64,000 nt of DNA from an uncultured Chlamydiae bacterium (GTDB lineage Bacteria; Chlamydiota; Chlamydiia; Chlamydiales; JAJFMA01), in the NCBI GenBank assembly GCA_963713615.1, contig CAVQMM010000001.1, positions 1,184,001 to 1,248,000 on the forward strand. Direction: 5' to 3'. The notes under the pieces are model-generated. The model made no database searches and was not told the DNA's origin. It saw nothing but the letters and a program-made list of their open reading frames with translations. Of this stretch, positions 30,086 to 40,231 are shown in pieces. Made by a program: the position numbers and the translations under genes. The first letter of the stretch is position 1. Each line of letters opens with the position of its first letter.

Positions 30086-31840
30086 ATGATATACCACACT
30101 CGGTCACTAACTTGGAATTTGGACCGCGCCAAAGCCCCGGGATTCAACGATCGCAAACGGGTCCATATTTCTAATATTGACCCGTTTGCGATCGTTGAAT
30201 CGCGGGAGCTTTCGCGTGGGCCCAAATCCAAGTTTGCGACCGAGTGTGGTATACGCCTAATTTTCTTGCTACTGCTGTTTCTAACGAGTTGCGAATCGAC
30301 TACGCCCTCATCCTCCCAACGGCACCAGCGACAACAGTTATCGCTTAATATTTTCTCAGAGGTTCCTAGCTTAGATCCTCACCAAGCGATCGATGCGCAG
30401 TCCCACAATGTGCTCATGATGCTTTTTGAACCGCTTACGCGCAGAAGCGCTGATGGAAAGATTGTTCCTGGGGCTGCCCAGAGTTACGAAGTGTCCGAAG
30501 ATGGCCTCACCTACACCTTCCATATGCGCCCTGCCGTATGGTCTAATGGTGACCCGGTAACGGCAGATGATTTCTTATACGCATGGAGGGCCAATCTCAA
30601 TCCCAGGTCTCTCGGCGAAGAGGCCTACCACATGTATGTCATAAGAGGTGCTAAGGCTTCGGCACAGGGGCTTATTGCTCCTGAAGAGATTGCTATCAGT
30701 GCACCTGATGATAAGACTCTAAAGGTTGAACTAGAGCATCCGGCCCCCTACTTTCTTGAATTGGTGCAAGTTCCTTCTTTCTTTCCCACGCACAAAAAGA
30801 CCTCTGAAAGCCATTCCGACTGGGCATTAGAAGCAGGCCCCCTATTCGTAACTAATGGTCCTTTTTTGATGGACTCTTGGAACCATCACAACCAGATCAC
30901 TCTCGTCCGCAATCCAAATTACTGGGATGCTGCCAATGTACGGTTAAATAAGATCGAGATGATGATGGTGGGTGATTCCACCACGGAATTGGCACTATTT
31001 GAAAAAGAAGCTCTTGATTGGACAGGGAGGCCAATATCGCCGGGTATACCGCCAGAAGCTCTCCGCGACTTAGCAACCGCTGGAAAGGTGGAGTTTCATC
31101 CAATCGGCGTTACATACTTCTACATGTTAAATGTGGAAATACCTCCCCTCGATAACATCAAAATGCGCAAGGCCTTGGCCTATGCCATCAATCGCAGAGT
31201 AATGGTCGACAGCATCATGAAAATGGGTGACCTCACAGCTACGTGTGCTGTACCACCAAGTTTGGCTGTTCGTTCCGGCGGATATTTCCAGGATGCCAAC
31301 ATTGTGGAAGCGCGACGTCTTTTTAGCGAAGCTCTCAAAGAAATGGGCCTTTCTAAGGATGAGTTGCCACCAATTACCATCAACTACAACACAACTGAAA
31401 TCAACCACAAAGTCGCACAGGCCATTCAGCAGCAGTGGAAGGTTGCTTTTGGCATCGATGTCTCCCTTTCCAACATGGAATGGAAAGTCTATATAGACAA
31501 TATGGTAAAAGGGAACTTTATGGTCGCCAGAGCCATGCCAAAATCCTGGTATACCGATCCAAAAAGCCTTCTTGACATGTTCAAACACGAAGACCGCAAC
31601 TTTACCCGTTGGCGCAATAAACGCTTCATCGCAATGTTAGATGAAGCGCTCTATGAAAAAAACGAAGATAGGCGATGCGCATTGTATAGTCAGGCCGAAG
31701 AGCTCCTCATGGATGAAATGCCCGCCATCCCGCTATTTTTTCCTACCGCTGATCTCATGCGACATCCTGATCTCAAAAATGTCTACCTATCCCCTCTGGG
31801 AGATATCGATTTCCGACATGCCTATTTTCAAACGAATTAA
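30086..31840 (+). CDS. oppA: Oligopeptide ABC transporter substrate-binding lipoprotein with an in-frame MITE at its N-terminus
   Basis: Lipobox LTSC after a 54-codon insert; WSNGDPVTADDF. Confidence 0.88.
   Translation: MIYHTRSLTWNLDRAKAPGFNDRKRVHISNIDPFAIVESRELSRGPKSKFATECGIRLIFLLLLFLTSCESTTPSSSQRHQRQQLSLNIFSEVPSLDPHQAIDAQSHNVLMMLFEPLTRRSADGKIVPGAAQSYEVSEDGLTYTFHMRPAVWSNGDPVTADDFLYAWRANLNPRSLGEEAYHMYVIRGAKASAQGLIAPEEIAISAPDDKTLKVELEHPAPYFLELVQVPSFFPTHKKTSESHSDWALEAGPLFVTNGPFLMDSWNHHNQITLVRNPNYWDAANVRLNKIEMMMVGDSTTELALFEKEALDWTGRPISPGIPPEALRDLATAGKVEFHPIGVTYFYMLNVEIPPLDNIKMRKALAYAINRRVMVDSIMKMGDLTATCAVPPSLAVRSGGYFQDANIVEARRLFSEALKEMGLSKDELPPITINYNTTEINHKVAQAIQQQWKVAFGIDVSLSNMEWKVYIDNMVKGNFMVARAMPKSWYTDPKSLLDMFKHEDRNFTRWRNKRFIAMLDEALYEKNEDRRCALYSQAEELLMDEMPAIPLFFPTADLMRHPDLKNVYLSPLGDIDFRHAYFQTN
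30090..30253. mobile_element. TA-flanked palindromic MITE (net 162 bp)
   Basis: TIRs TATACCACACTCGGTC / GACCGAGTGTGGTATA; central hairpin GATTCAACGATCGCAAACGGGTC..GACCCGTTTGCGATCGTTGAATC; a second, interrupted copy lies at 40232-40798. Confidence 0.88.
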
Positions 31841-31865
31841 TTTATACCACGCACGCGTGGTATAT

Positions 31866-32585
31866 CTAACAAGGCAGTAGGTTTGGTGTTAGTATGAAAA
31901 AATTATGAGCCATACGAAGGCCTATAGACCCTGAGAGGCCATGTCCAACCTCTTTTAATGTGCTGGCGGCTATTCCCAAAATAAAATTCGACACCATTGG
32001 CAAACGTGCAAGGGCATCAGGGTAATAGCTTGCACCAATGGAATTAGCATACGCAGCAAAGAATCCAGCGGTGATAATCGTTCGCAGAACCTTACCCGAC
32101 GTCCCCTCACCTAACTCTTTCTTTCCCAGGACGCGAAATAGAAATGTCAAAGCAGGGCCCTGAATAAAACCGCGGAAAACTAACTCTTCAAATACTGGAG
32201 TAGCCAAACAGGTGCTGGTAAACAGGCTAGTCTTCAATGAGGAAACAGTGGTGGGTTGTCCTGGATGTTTATTAAGTTCCTCCGCTAAAAACTCTAGTGG
32301 GCATGCGGAATTCACCACGGTCATTGGGTCAACTTTAGCCTCCCACGTCGTCGTAAAACCATGGATCAATTCTTTGCCCACATCGCTCACAGTCCCTGAA
32401 GCAATTCCCAGGCTACGTGTTAAAGCTGCAATCCCCCATGCTAAAGGGGCTATCACTACAGTTGAACCCGCTCCGTTGGTCCAATTCCATAGCATCCCTC
32501 CATGATGTGCCCGGCTTGGGGGATTTTGCGTTTGGATTATTGGATTTTGCGTCTGGATGTTTTGGGGTGCTGTAACCGTCACCAT
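31866..32585 (-). CDS. CPBP/Abi (CAAX protease-like) membrane protein with degenerate motifs
   Basis: PVFEELVFRG motif 1 present; later His motifs altered (FFAAYAN, GLRMAHN). Confidence 0.65.
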   Translation of the reverse strand: MVTVTAPQNIQTQNPIIQTQNPPSRAHHGGMLWNWTNGAGSTVVIAPLAWGIAALTRSLGIASGTVSDVGKELIHGFTTTWEAKVDPMTVVNSACPLEFLAEELNKHPGQPTTVSSLKTSLFTSTCLATPVFEELVFRGFIQGPALTFLFRVLGKKELGEGTSGKVLRTIITAGFFAAYANSIGASYYPDALARLPMVSNFILGIAASTLKEVGHGLSGSIGLRMAHNFFILTPNLLPC

Positions 32586-32911
32586 TGTGTCACCTTTGCT
32601 GGAATTTGATTTTACCCTAAGTATTGAAACAGAAACGCACAATAAAGAACAGGATTTATCGTCTACCAGGGTGAAATCGGACTTCTGAAATTACCTAATA
32701 TGGACGAAGCCAAAATGCCATCAAAATTAACAACCTAACCTAAGGCCTACAATACTGTATGTACGTCAACTTTCCACGAAAAACCCCAGCAGATGCCATT
32801 CGCTAAAGATAAAAAAAACATTTTTACTAGAAAGATGAAAATGGTCTTTGCCTAGTCAGGCTCTAATGTGCTACATTGCTGGGCTATTAATTAGCGTACC
32901 CTTAGGCATCC

Positions 32912-33841
32912 GTGTCTTATTTGCTGAAAAAGCTAGCGTACATCCTTGCCTCCCTTCTTGTGATCATCTCGATTACCTTCTTCTTGATGAAAGCAATTCC
33001 CGGTGATCCATTCTCCAATGAACGCGGCGTTCCTCCAGAGATTTTAGCTGCCATGCAGGAACACTACGGCTTGAATGATCCATGGTATGTTCAATATGGA
33101 CGTTACATTAAATCCATTCTGACATGGGATTTAGGTCCCTCCTTCAAATACAAAGGCCGTTCAGTCAATGCGATCATCAACGAGGGGTTCCCGATCTCTG
33201 CGGCTCTCGGCGCGGTAGCCCTGGCCATTTCTATTAGCGCTGGGGTCCTATTAGGCACAGTAGCAGCGCTTAGACAGCATCGATGGCAGGACTATCTCTG
33301 TATGCTCACTGCTGTGATAGGCATCTCAGTCCCAAGTTTTATTTTGGCCACCCTTCTACAATATGTTTTTGCCCTAAAATTGGGTTGGTTTCCAGTAGCA
33401 CGTTGGGGCAGTTGGGAACATGTTGTATTGCCCGCCCTTGCTTTAGCAGCATTGCCAACGGCTTTCATTGCGCGCTTAACACGTTCTAGTATGCTAGAGG
33501 TGATGCAGCTCGACTTCATCAAGACAGCCAAGGCCAAGGGACTATCCTATACACGTGTCGTCATCGGCCATGCACTGCGCAATGCGCTCCTTCCCACCAT
33601 AAGCTACCTAGGCCAACTCATCGTCAACATCCTGGTGGGCAGTTTTATCATCGAAAAAATCTTCGGCATTCCTGGTCTTGGCCAATGGTTTGTTACTAGC
33701 GTGTCCAACCGTGACTATACTGTCATCATGGGTACTACCGTTTTCTATAGTATCATCCTGCTGGGAGTTATGTTCTTCGTGGACATTGTTTACTCCTGGG
33801 TCGATCCTCGCATCCGTATAGGTAGGGAGGCGAGTCGCTAG
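32912..33841 (+). CDS. oppB: Oligopeptide ABC transporter permease
   Basis: PGDPF, DLGPSF, TAKAKGL..HALRNA and EKIFGIPGLG. Confidence 0.95.
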   Translation: MSYLLKKLAYILASLLVIISITFFLMKAIPGDPFSNERGVPPEILAAMQEHYGLNDPWYVQYGRYIKSILTWDLGPSFKYKGRSVNAIINEGFPISAALGAVALAISISAGVLLGTVAALRQHRWQDYLCMLTAVIGISVPSFILATLLQYVFALKLGWFPVARWGSWEHVVLPALALAALPTAFIARLTRSSMLEVMQLDFIKTAKAKGLSYTRVVIGHALRNALLPTISYLGQLIVNILVGSFIIEKIFGIPGLGQWFVTSVSNRDYTVIMGTTVFYSIILLGVMFFVDIVYSWVDPRIRIGREASR

Positions 33842-33844
33842 CAG

Positions 33845-34762
33845 ATGGAAGTTCTACAAGAAGACTTATTTCGGCCCCTGGACAAGAGCCAAAAGATCCC
33901 TGACTATATAGGCCATCCCCCAACATCCTTCTGGGGAAACGTTTGGTCTCGCTTTCAACGCAACCGTATGGCGTTGATTGGTCTGACACTATTGACCTTG
34001 CTGGTTTTGATGGCCATCATCGGTCCTTTTTTGACATCTTACACCTACTACGCCACCGATCTAGCCAATAACAACGAGGCCCCTTCTGGGGCACATTGGT
34101 TCGGTACGGATGATCTGGGACGCGATATGTTCACACGTACGTGGTATGGTGCACGTATTTCGCTATTTGTTGGGGTAACGGCAGCATTAGTTGACCTTGT
34201 CGTCGGGGTTATCTGGGGTGGAGTAGCGGCCCTTACTGGCCGTCGCACCGATGAGATCATGATGCGTATTGCCGACATCCTCTATAGCCTTCCCTACATG
34301 CTAACTGTCATTATGTTAATGGTTGTGCTGGGATCCGGACTCATTCCTATCATTATTGCTATGACGATCATTGGTTGGATCCCTATGGCACGTATTGTCA
34401 GAGGGCAGATCCTTCAGCTCCGTGAGCTTGAGTACGTGCAGGCTGCCAGAGCTTTAGGGGCGGGCTTTTGGCGTATCCTTTTCCGTCATCTCATCCCGAA
34501 TGCCATGGGGCCCATCATCGTCATGGTAACTCTCACAGTGCCAGCGGCAATTTTTACGGAGGCATTCTTGAGTTTTCTGGGGTTGGGTATTCAAGCTCCC
34601 GTAGCCAGCTGGGGTACGATGGCGGCTGATGGACTCCCTGCGATGAAATACTATCCCTGGCGAATTTTCTTTCCTGCAGCTTTCATCTCTCTAACGATGT
34701 TTGCCTTTAACCTGGTCGGTGATGGTTTGCGCGATGCGCTAGACCCCCGCCAACAACGGTAG
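33845..34762 (+). CDS. oppC: Oligopeptide ABC transporter permease
   Basis: HWFGTDDLGRD, EYVQAARALGA and GDGLRDALDP. Confidence 0.95.
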   Translation: MEVLQEDLFRPLDKSQKIPDYIGHPPTSFWGNVWSRFQRNRMALIGLTLLTLLVLMAIIGPFLTSYTYYATDLANNNEAPSGAHWFGTDDLGRDMFTRTWYGARISLFVGVTAALVDLVVGVIWGGVAALTGRRTDEIMMRIADILYSLPYMLTVIMLMVVLGSGLIPIIIAMTIIGWIPMARIVRGQILQLRELEYVQAARALGAGFWRILFRHLIPNAMGPIIVMVTLTVPAAIFTEAFLSFLGLGIQAPVASWGTMAADGLPAMKYYPWRIFFPAAFISLTMFAFNLVGDGLRDALDPRQQR

Positions 34763-34774
34763 GAGAGTAAGTTC

Positions 34775-35812
34775 GTGAGCGACCCGAGTACCTTGTTAAA
34801 AGTGAAGGACCTTCGCGTCAGTTTTGATACGCATGCTGGCACCATCCAGGCGGTCCGTGGAGTCAGCTTTCAGATTCGACCTGGCGAGGTTGTCGGCCTC
34901 GTTGGAGAATCGGGATGCGGTAAGTCTGTCACAGCTCACAGCATCCTGCGGCTCATCAACTCTCCTCCTGGACATATCGACAATGGGGAAATATGGTTTG
35001 ATGACCAGAATTTGCTCAAGAAGAGCGAACGCGAGATGCGGGACATTCGTGGTAACAAGATCGGCATTATCTTCCAAGACCCCATGACCTCCCTTAACCC
35101 CACTATGCGTGTTGGTAAACAGCTTGTGGAAGGGATTCTTCGCCATAAAGCCGTCTCGCGCGGTGAAGCAAAGCGGCTAGCTATCGAAATGCTGGAGACG
35201 GTAGGCATTCCTCATGCAGCTCAGCGGTTTGACCAATATCCACACGAATTCAGCGGCGGCATGCGTCAAAGAGTCATGATAGCCATTGCTCTAGCCTGCG
35301 ATCCCTCGTTGTTGATCGCGGATGAACCCACCACTGCCTTAGATGTCACCATTCAGGCACAGATCCTGGAGCTGATGAAGCTCCTCAAAGATGAGCGCGG
35401 GATGAGCATCTTGCTGATCACTCATGACCTCGGTGTTGTTGCAGGTTTGTGCGACCGCATCATCGTGATGTATGCCGGTGAAGTCATGGAAACAGGTACG
35501 GTGGAGCAGATATTTTATGATCCCCAGCATCCCTACACCAAAGCGCTATTAGAGGCAATTCCTCGCCTAGGTAGTAGCCATGGACAAAAGCTTGTGCCTA
35601 TTTATGGAGCCCCGCCCAGCTTACTGCATCCGCCACGTGGATGCCCATTTACAGATCGCTGTCGCTGGGCAATGGATGTTTGTCGCCGCCACCGTCCTGA
35701 TCTAGAGGACTATGGCGAGGATCACCACGGAGCCTGCTGGCTTCATCATCCTCATGCGGCGGAAAGACTGCGGGAGTTCAATAACAAGCAAACGGTTCGA
35801 ACCCATGAATGA
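34775..35812 (+). CDS. oppD: Oligopeptide ABC transporter ATPase
   Basis: GESGCGKS, FSGGMRQR and DEPTTALD. Confidence 0.95.
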   Translation: MSDPSTLLKVKDLRVSFDTHAGTIQAVRGVSFQIRPGEVVGLVGESGCGKSVTAHSILRLINSPPGHIDNGEIWFDDQNLLKKSEREMRDIRGNKIGIIFQDPMTSLNPTMRVGKQLVEGILRHKAVSRGEAKRLAIEMLETVGIPHAAQRFDQYPHEFSGGMRQRVMIAIALACDPSLLIADEPTTALDVTIQAQILELMKLLKDERGMSILLITHDLGVVAGLCDRIIVMYAGEVMETGTVEQIFYDPQHPYTKALLEAIPRLGSSHGQKLVPIYGAPPSLLHPPRGCPFTDRCRWAMDVCRRHRPDLEDYGEDHHGACWLHHPHAAERLREFNNKQTVRTHE

Positions 35813-36779
35813 CAGAGATTCCCAGCGCCCGCTGATGGAAATTCGGGAGCTTAGCAAACACTTTGAGATTGGCAAAGCTTCTCTAATTGCTGTTAACAAG
35901 CTAAATCTCAATATTTGGGCCGGAGAAACCCTCGGGCTCGTGGGCGAAAGTGGTTGTGGCAAATCAACGGTTGGCAAAACGCTATTACGGCTTCATGAAC
36001 CAACCTCAGGACAGATCATTTTTGATGGAACAGACATTGCCACCTTAGGCAAGACCGAAATGCTGCAATTGCGCCGTCGTTTGCAGGTCATCTTCCAGGA
36101 TCCGTATGCCTCGCTGAACCCACGTATGACCATCGAAGAGATCATTGGAGAGCCTTTAGATATCCACCAGCTGGCTGTTGGGGCTGACCGACGTGCTCGC
36201 ATTATCGACCTCTTGGGCCTTGTAGGCCTCTCCAAGCATCATCTCAGCCGTTACCCTCATGAATTTAGCGGCGGTCAGCGCCAACGTATCGGCATCGCTA
36301 GAGCCCTGGCTGTAGAGCCGGAGTTTATCGTCTGTGATGAGCCGCTGTCGGCTCTGGACGTCTCCGTTCAAGCTCAGGTCGTTAACTTGCTTAAGGACTT
36401 GCAGCAACGCTTAAACCTAACTTACCTGTTTATCGCTCATGATCTTTCTATGGTGGAATATCTATCGCATCGTGTAGCGGTGATGTACCTGGGAAACCTC
36501 GTCGAGTTGGCCCCCAAAGAGGCTTTGTTCGTTGCGCCTAAACACCCCTATACCAAAGCTCTCTTGTCTTCAATCCCGATTCCCGATCCTCAACAAGAAC
36601 GTCGCCGCTCCAGAGTCGTGTTGACAGGAGAGGTGCCCAGCCCCCTAAAGCCTCCTAGTGGATGCGTTTTTCGTACTCGTTGTCCGATGGTCATGCCTAT
36701 CTGCAGCCGAGTGATCCCAAAATGGCAAAAAATCGGCGAAGATCATCACGTCGCGTGCCATCTCTACAACCCAGCTTAG
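35805..36779 (+). CDS. oppF: Oligopeptide ABC transporter ATPase
   Basis: GESGCGKST, FSGGQRQR and DEPLSALD; start placed at the ATG overlapping the oppD end. Confidence 0.95.
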   Translation: MNDRDSQRPLMEIRELSKHFEIGKASLIAVNKLNLNIWAGETLGLVGESGCGKSTVGKTLLRLHEPTSGQIIFDGTDIATLGKTEMLQLRRRLQVIFQDPYASLNPRMTIEEIIGEPLDIHQLAVGADRRARIIDLLGLVGLSKHHLSRYPHEFSGGQRQRIGIARALAVEPEFIVCDEPLSALDVSVQAQVVNLLKDLQQRLNLTYLFIAHDLSMVEYLSHRVAVMYLGNLVELAPKEALFVAPKHPYTKALLSSIPIPDPQQERRRSRVVLTGEVPSPLKPPSGCVFRTRCPMVMPICSRVIPKWQKIGEDHHVACHLYNPA

Positions 36780-37132
36780 CTCTTTTTATTGTCATCGACA
36801 TCAAAATGAAACTGATGAAAGAAGCGATGCAAAATCGGGGCCAACACGACACCCACTGTGATGATGAGTGCGAGCCCGCTGTAGAGCGCATAAGAACCGG
36901 CGAAGAACTTACCCCACCAAGTGTGGAGTTCGCCTGTAGGGCCCATGCCCGATAGAATCATAGAGGCTTCCAGGTAGGAGTCGATCCAAGGCATACCCTC
37001 GATGGAGTGGTAGCCCCACATACCGCCTGCAAGCGATAGGGAAATAATTGTGAATGCCAAAGCAAGACTACGCATTAAACGTATTCTAAAACGATTACGA
37101 GCAAGCGGAGGCTGTGTCTTTTTCTCAAACAT
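36776..37132 (-). CDS. Two-TM potassium-channel-like small membrane protein
   Basis: TM, pore helix (WIDSYLEASMILSGMGP), TM (GKFFAGSYALYSG); non-canonical selectivity filter. Confidence 0.65.
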   Translation of the reverse strand: MFEKKTQPPLARNRFRIRLMRSLALAFTIISLSLAGGMWGYHSIEGMPWIDSYLEASMILSGMGPTGELHTWWGKFFAGSYALYSGLALIITVGVVLAPILHRFFHQFHFDVDDNKKS

Positions 37133-37199
37133 ACGCTTTTTGTAGCAGATACCTCTCTTTGTGGCAAGGGGGTAACCATGGCACAAAATGGACCTTAAC

Positions 37200-37353
37200 T
37201 CATCCGGTTTTGTAGGACTTGACTCCAAAGAAGAGGAGGGGATTGAGGAATTTTTCCACAGAAGCACTGCTCTATCTCGCGATCTGTGGTGAAAATCCAA
37301 ACTTCTAATTCGTCCTCACACTCTCTGTGGGCAAGTCCTACAAAACCGGATGA
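37200..37353. repeat. Inverted-repeat-bounded mini-element
   Basis: Perfect 22-bp inverted repeat TCATCCGGTTTTGTAGGACTTG / CAAGTCCTACAAAACCGGATGA. Confidence 0.7.
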
Positions 37354-37406
37354 ACAGAAGAAAGCACTGTAGAGAAAAAAATCCGTGCAGCCTATCATGA
37401 TGTCTT

Positions 37407-38591
37407 ATGAAAAAATATGCTGCTCTTGTCACACTTCTCGTCTGGCTGGTGGCCACTCACCTGGGGGCCATTCAAACGCCTCTGCTGTTTGTCTTATATG
37501 ACGCAGGCGAAACACACGGCCTCGCCCCTGTGATGCAGCACCTCGATGCCAAAGGATCCGACTTTCGCGTCCTCGTGATGGGCACCGCTCGCGATCAAGT
37601 ACCTCACCTCAATCTCTTCCATAGCAAAATTATCGATCTCAATGACCTTGCTGTTGCTAGCGATGTTGACCGCGTGAAATGGCAGCGTGGTCAGACCTTG
37701 CCTCCCGAAGATCTTGCCCTGATCAACAAACATATCTTTGCAGATATCGTCATGACCGGAGTCGCATCAGTGGCGCAACAACAAATTGCGACAACCCTTA
37801 AGACTAAAGGCAGCGAAGTCCTCGCCTTCTATGACAACCTGGCCTTTCCCCTAAACCGTCATCCTCATCGCGAAGTTATTGCTCCCTTCCAAGACATCGT
37901 AGACCTCATGTTAGTGCCCTCTTCTACTATAGCAGCCTCATTTTCATGCTCTACGGCCATTGTCGGACAGCCATCGTTAGAAACTTGGACCCAAAAGCTG
38001 TCCGCGATTAATGTCAGCCAGGTTAAACAGACCCTAAAATTCAGTCACAAGCCGCTAATGGTTTATTGTGGGGGCTATGATGGCACCTACCCCGAAGCTT
38101 TTGCCGTGTTTGCCGATTGCATTAAGGGTCTAGACAGCTGGCAAGTAGCCATTCAACTACATCCTAAAGCTGATGGTGAAATGGAACAGCAAATCCTCCG
38201 AGACAAAGGTATTGAAGGGGTACGCATTTTCAAGGACTATCCGGGTACAACCGCGCTCGTCGCTGCCGCCGACCTAGTCGTCTGCCAACACTCGACTACA
38301 GGCATCCAAGCCCTATTGGCAGGCAAAAGTGTTATTCATGTAGATTTACCTAGTTCAACATTTTCCTACTTCGCCATCGACAAAGGCCTGGCAATGCTTG
38401 CTACGAATCGTACAGCCTTTCAGATGGCCCTAGGACGCGCACTACAGGCTACTAATAAAGACAACGCAGCACTCTACCGCGCTGCAGGCATCCCTCGTGA
38501 TAGCACTGACCGTGTTCTTCAAGTGGTCAATCGTTATTTACCAAAGACGATTCAACCAACAAGATCCTTCTTCCACTCTTCAGGCATGTAG
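37407..38591 (+). CDS. Exported GT-B-fold-like hypothetical protein
   Basis: Signal peptide; IVGQP, QLHPK and AADLVVCQHSTTGIQALLAGK, resembling GT-B C-terminal motifs. Confidence 0.55.
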   Translation: MKKYAALVTLLVWLVATHLGAIQTPLLFVLYDAGETHGLAPVMQHLDAKGSDFRVLVMGTARDQVPHLNLFHSKIIDLNDLAVASDVDRVKWQRGQTLPPEDLALINKHIFADIVMTGVASVAQQQIATTLKTKGSEVLAFYDNLAFPLNRHPHREVIAPFQDIVDLMLVPSSTIAASFSCSTAIVGQPSLETWTQKLSAINVSQVKQTLKFSHKPLMVYCGGYDGTYPEAFAVFADCIKGLDSWQVAIQLHPKADGEMEQQILRDKGIEGVRIFKDYPGTTALVAAADLVVCQHSTTGIQALLAGKSVIHVDLPSSTFSYFAIDKGLAMLATNRTAFQMALGRALQATNKDNAALYRAAGIPRDSTDRVLQVVNRYLPKTIQPTRSFFHSSGM

Positions 38592-39547
38592 GTGCGCCCT
38601 TCAATAGCCGCAATGCGCTTTTCAAGAGGTGGATGGGTGGCGAAAAGCCCTCCCCAAAAGGAGGGGTGATCAAAATACATGTGTGAATAGGCCATACCTT
38701 CCTTGGGCATGTCCTGCACTTGCTTACCTTCTATCTTGCGCAATGCATTTGCTATACCACTAGGATTTCGCGTGAACTGCACTGCACAAGCATCGGCAAG
38801 ATACTCGCGTTCACGGCTTACCATCGCTCGCAATACCGACCCAAAGAACCAGGTGATCCCTCCCGCGATCATCATCACAAACACAGCGATGACAATGGGA
38901 TTACCATTCTTATTATCATTATCGCTGCGTCGCCCACCGCCAAACCAAGCCATATTGGCCAGTATCCTGAATGCGATATAGAGAATGATAAAAAAACCCA
39001 TCAGCATAGCAGCCAGCTGAAGACTGATCCTCATATCCCCATTGTAAACGTGCCCGAACTCATGTGCGATCACTCCTTGAAGCTCATCACGATTCAGTTG
39101 CATTAATGACCCGGTGGTCACTGTGATGGCAGCTTTCTCTTTAGTAAGACCCGCAGCAAAGGCGTTGATTTCATCAGCTTTCAGTAGATACACTGGCGGG
39201 GAAGGCAATCCCGCTGCCAAGGCCATTTCTTCGACAATGTTTAAGAGCTGCCGCTCCCTCGGATCGGTCGTATTTACATCGACGCGACGGGCTCCTACAG
39301 ACTCCGCCACGTACGAGCCCCCATACGCCCGGTAGCAGCCATAATAAAAAAAGGCCACCGCAAACGTAATAATGACAAATAATGTCCCAACAAGCGGAAA
39401 GCCGTCTTGATAGTCAGGACCGGCCACTTCTTCCATCAAGATTTCCGCGAGGACGCCTACAAAGAGTGTCATGAGGATGAAGGCGGTAAGATAGACCTTC
39501 GTCCTGGAGCGCGCCTTACGTTGCGCTTCCCAGAAATTCATGGCCAT
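38552..39547 (-). CDS. M48-family zinc metalloprotease (HtpX-like)
   Basis: INAFAAG, HEFGH, SREREYLADA and THPPLEKRI. Confidence 0.93.
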   Translation of the reverse strand: MAMNFWEAQRKARSRTKVYLTAFILMTLFVGVLAEILMEEVAGPDYQDGFPLVGTLFVIITFAVAFFYYGCYRAYGGSYVAESVGARRVDVNTTDPRERQLLNIVEEMALAAGLPSPPVYLLKADEINAFAAGLTKEKAAITVTTGSLMQLNRDELQGVIAHEFGHVYNGDMRISLQLAAMLMGFFIILYIAFRILANMAWFGGGRRSDNDNKNGNPIVIAVFVMMIAGGITWFFGSVLRAMVSREREYLADACAVQFTRNPSGIANALRKIEGKQVQDMPKEGMAYSHMYFDHPSFWGGLFATHPPLEKRIAAIEGRTYMPEEWKKDLVG

Positions 39548-39559
39548 GTTGTTAGCCTC

Positions 39560-40159
39560 TTACGAAGTAAATGAAACCTTTACAGCATTGCGTGCATTGG
39601 GTTCTTGCACCTCGAACAGCTCCGTCGGATGGTGCCCAAAAGCCGCAGCCACCAAGACAGCTGGAAACACCTGTTGAGCGTTATTGTACTCTAGAACCAT
39701 ATCGTTATACGCTTGCCTAGAGAAAGCTACTTTATTTTCTGTGCTCGCCAGCTCTTCTTGTAACTGCTGCATGTTCTCACTAGCGCGAAGTTGAGGATAA
39801 TTCTCTGCCACAGCAAAGAAGTTCATCATGCTGCTTTTGAGATTTTGCTCTGCACCCATCAACCCCTTAATGGATTCATTAGTCGGTCCTCCCCCCTTGG
39901 CCACCTGCTCCCGTGCCGATGCCGCAACATTGCGTGCATTAGTGACGGCCTCCAGCGTTCCTCTCTCATGCGCCATATAACCCTTCACCGCCTCAACGAG
40001 GTTCGGAATTAAGTCATACCGACGTTGCAGCTGGACATCGATCTGTCCCCAAGCATTCTTGACCTGGTTGCGTAAACGCACCAAATTGTTGAAAACTCCC
40101 ATCAACCACAGGGCACCAATCACCACAATGGCTAGCAACACCAATAATGTAATACCCAT
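39560..40159 (-). CDS. lemA: LemA family protein
   Basis: IDVQLQRRYDLIPNLV, ENYPQL and TENKVAFSRQAYN. Confidence 0.95.
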   Translation of the reverse strand: MGITLLVLLAIVVIGALWLMGVFNNLVRLRNQVKNAWGQIDVQLQRRYDLIPNLVEAVKGYMAHERGTLEAVTNARNVAASAREQVAKGGGPTNESIKGLMGAEQNLKSSMMNFFAVAENYPQLRASENMQQLQEELASTENKVAFSRQAYNDMVLEYNNAQQVFPAVLVAAAFGHHPTELFEVQEPNARNAVKVSFTS

Positions 40160-40231
40160 CTTTACCCCCTGCCCTAAGCGAATTCCTACCCGGCCAATGC
40201 CCGGCTTATGCATTCTCTTTTATCGGCATAC

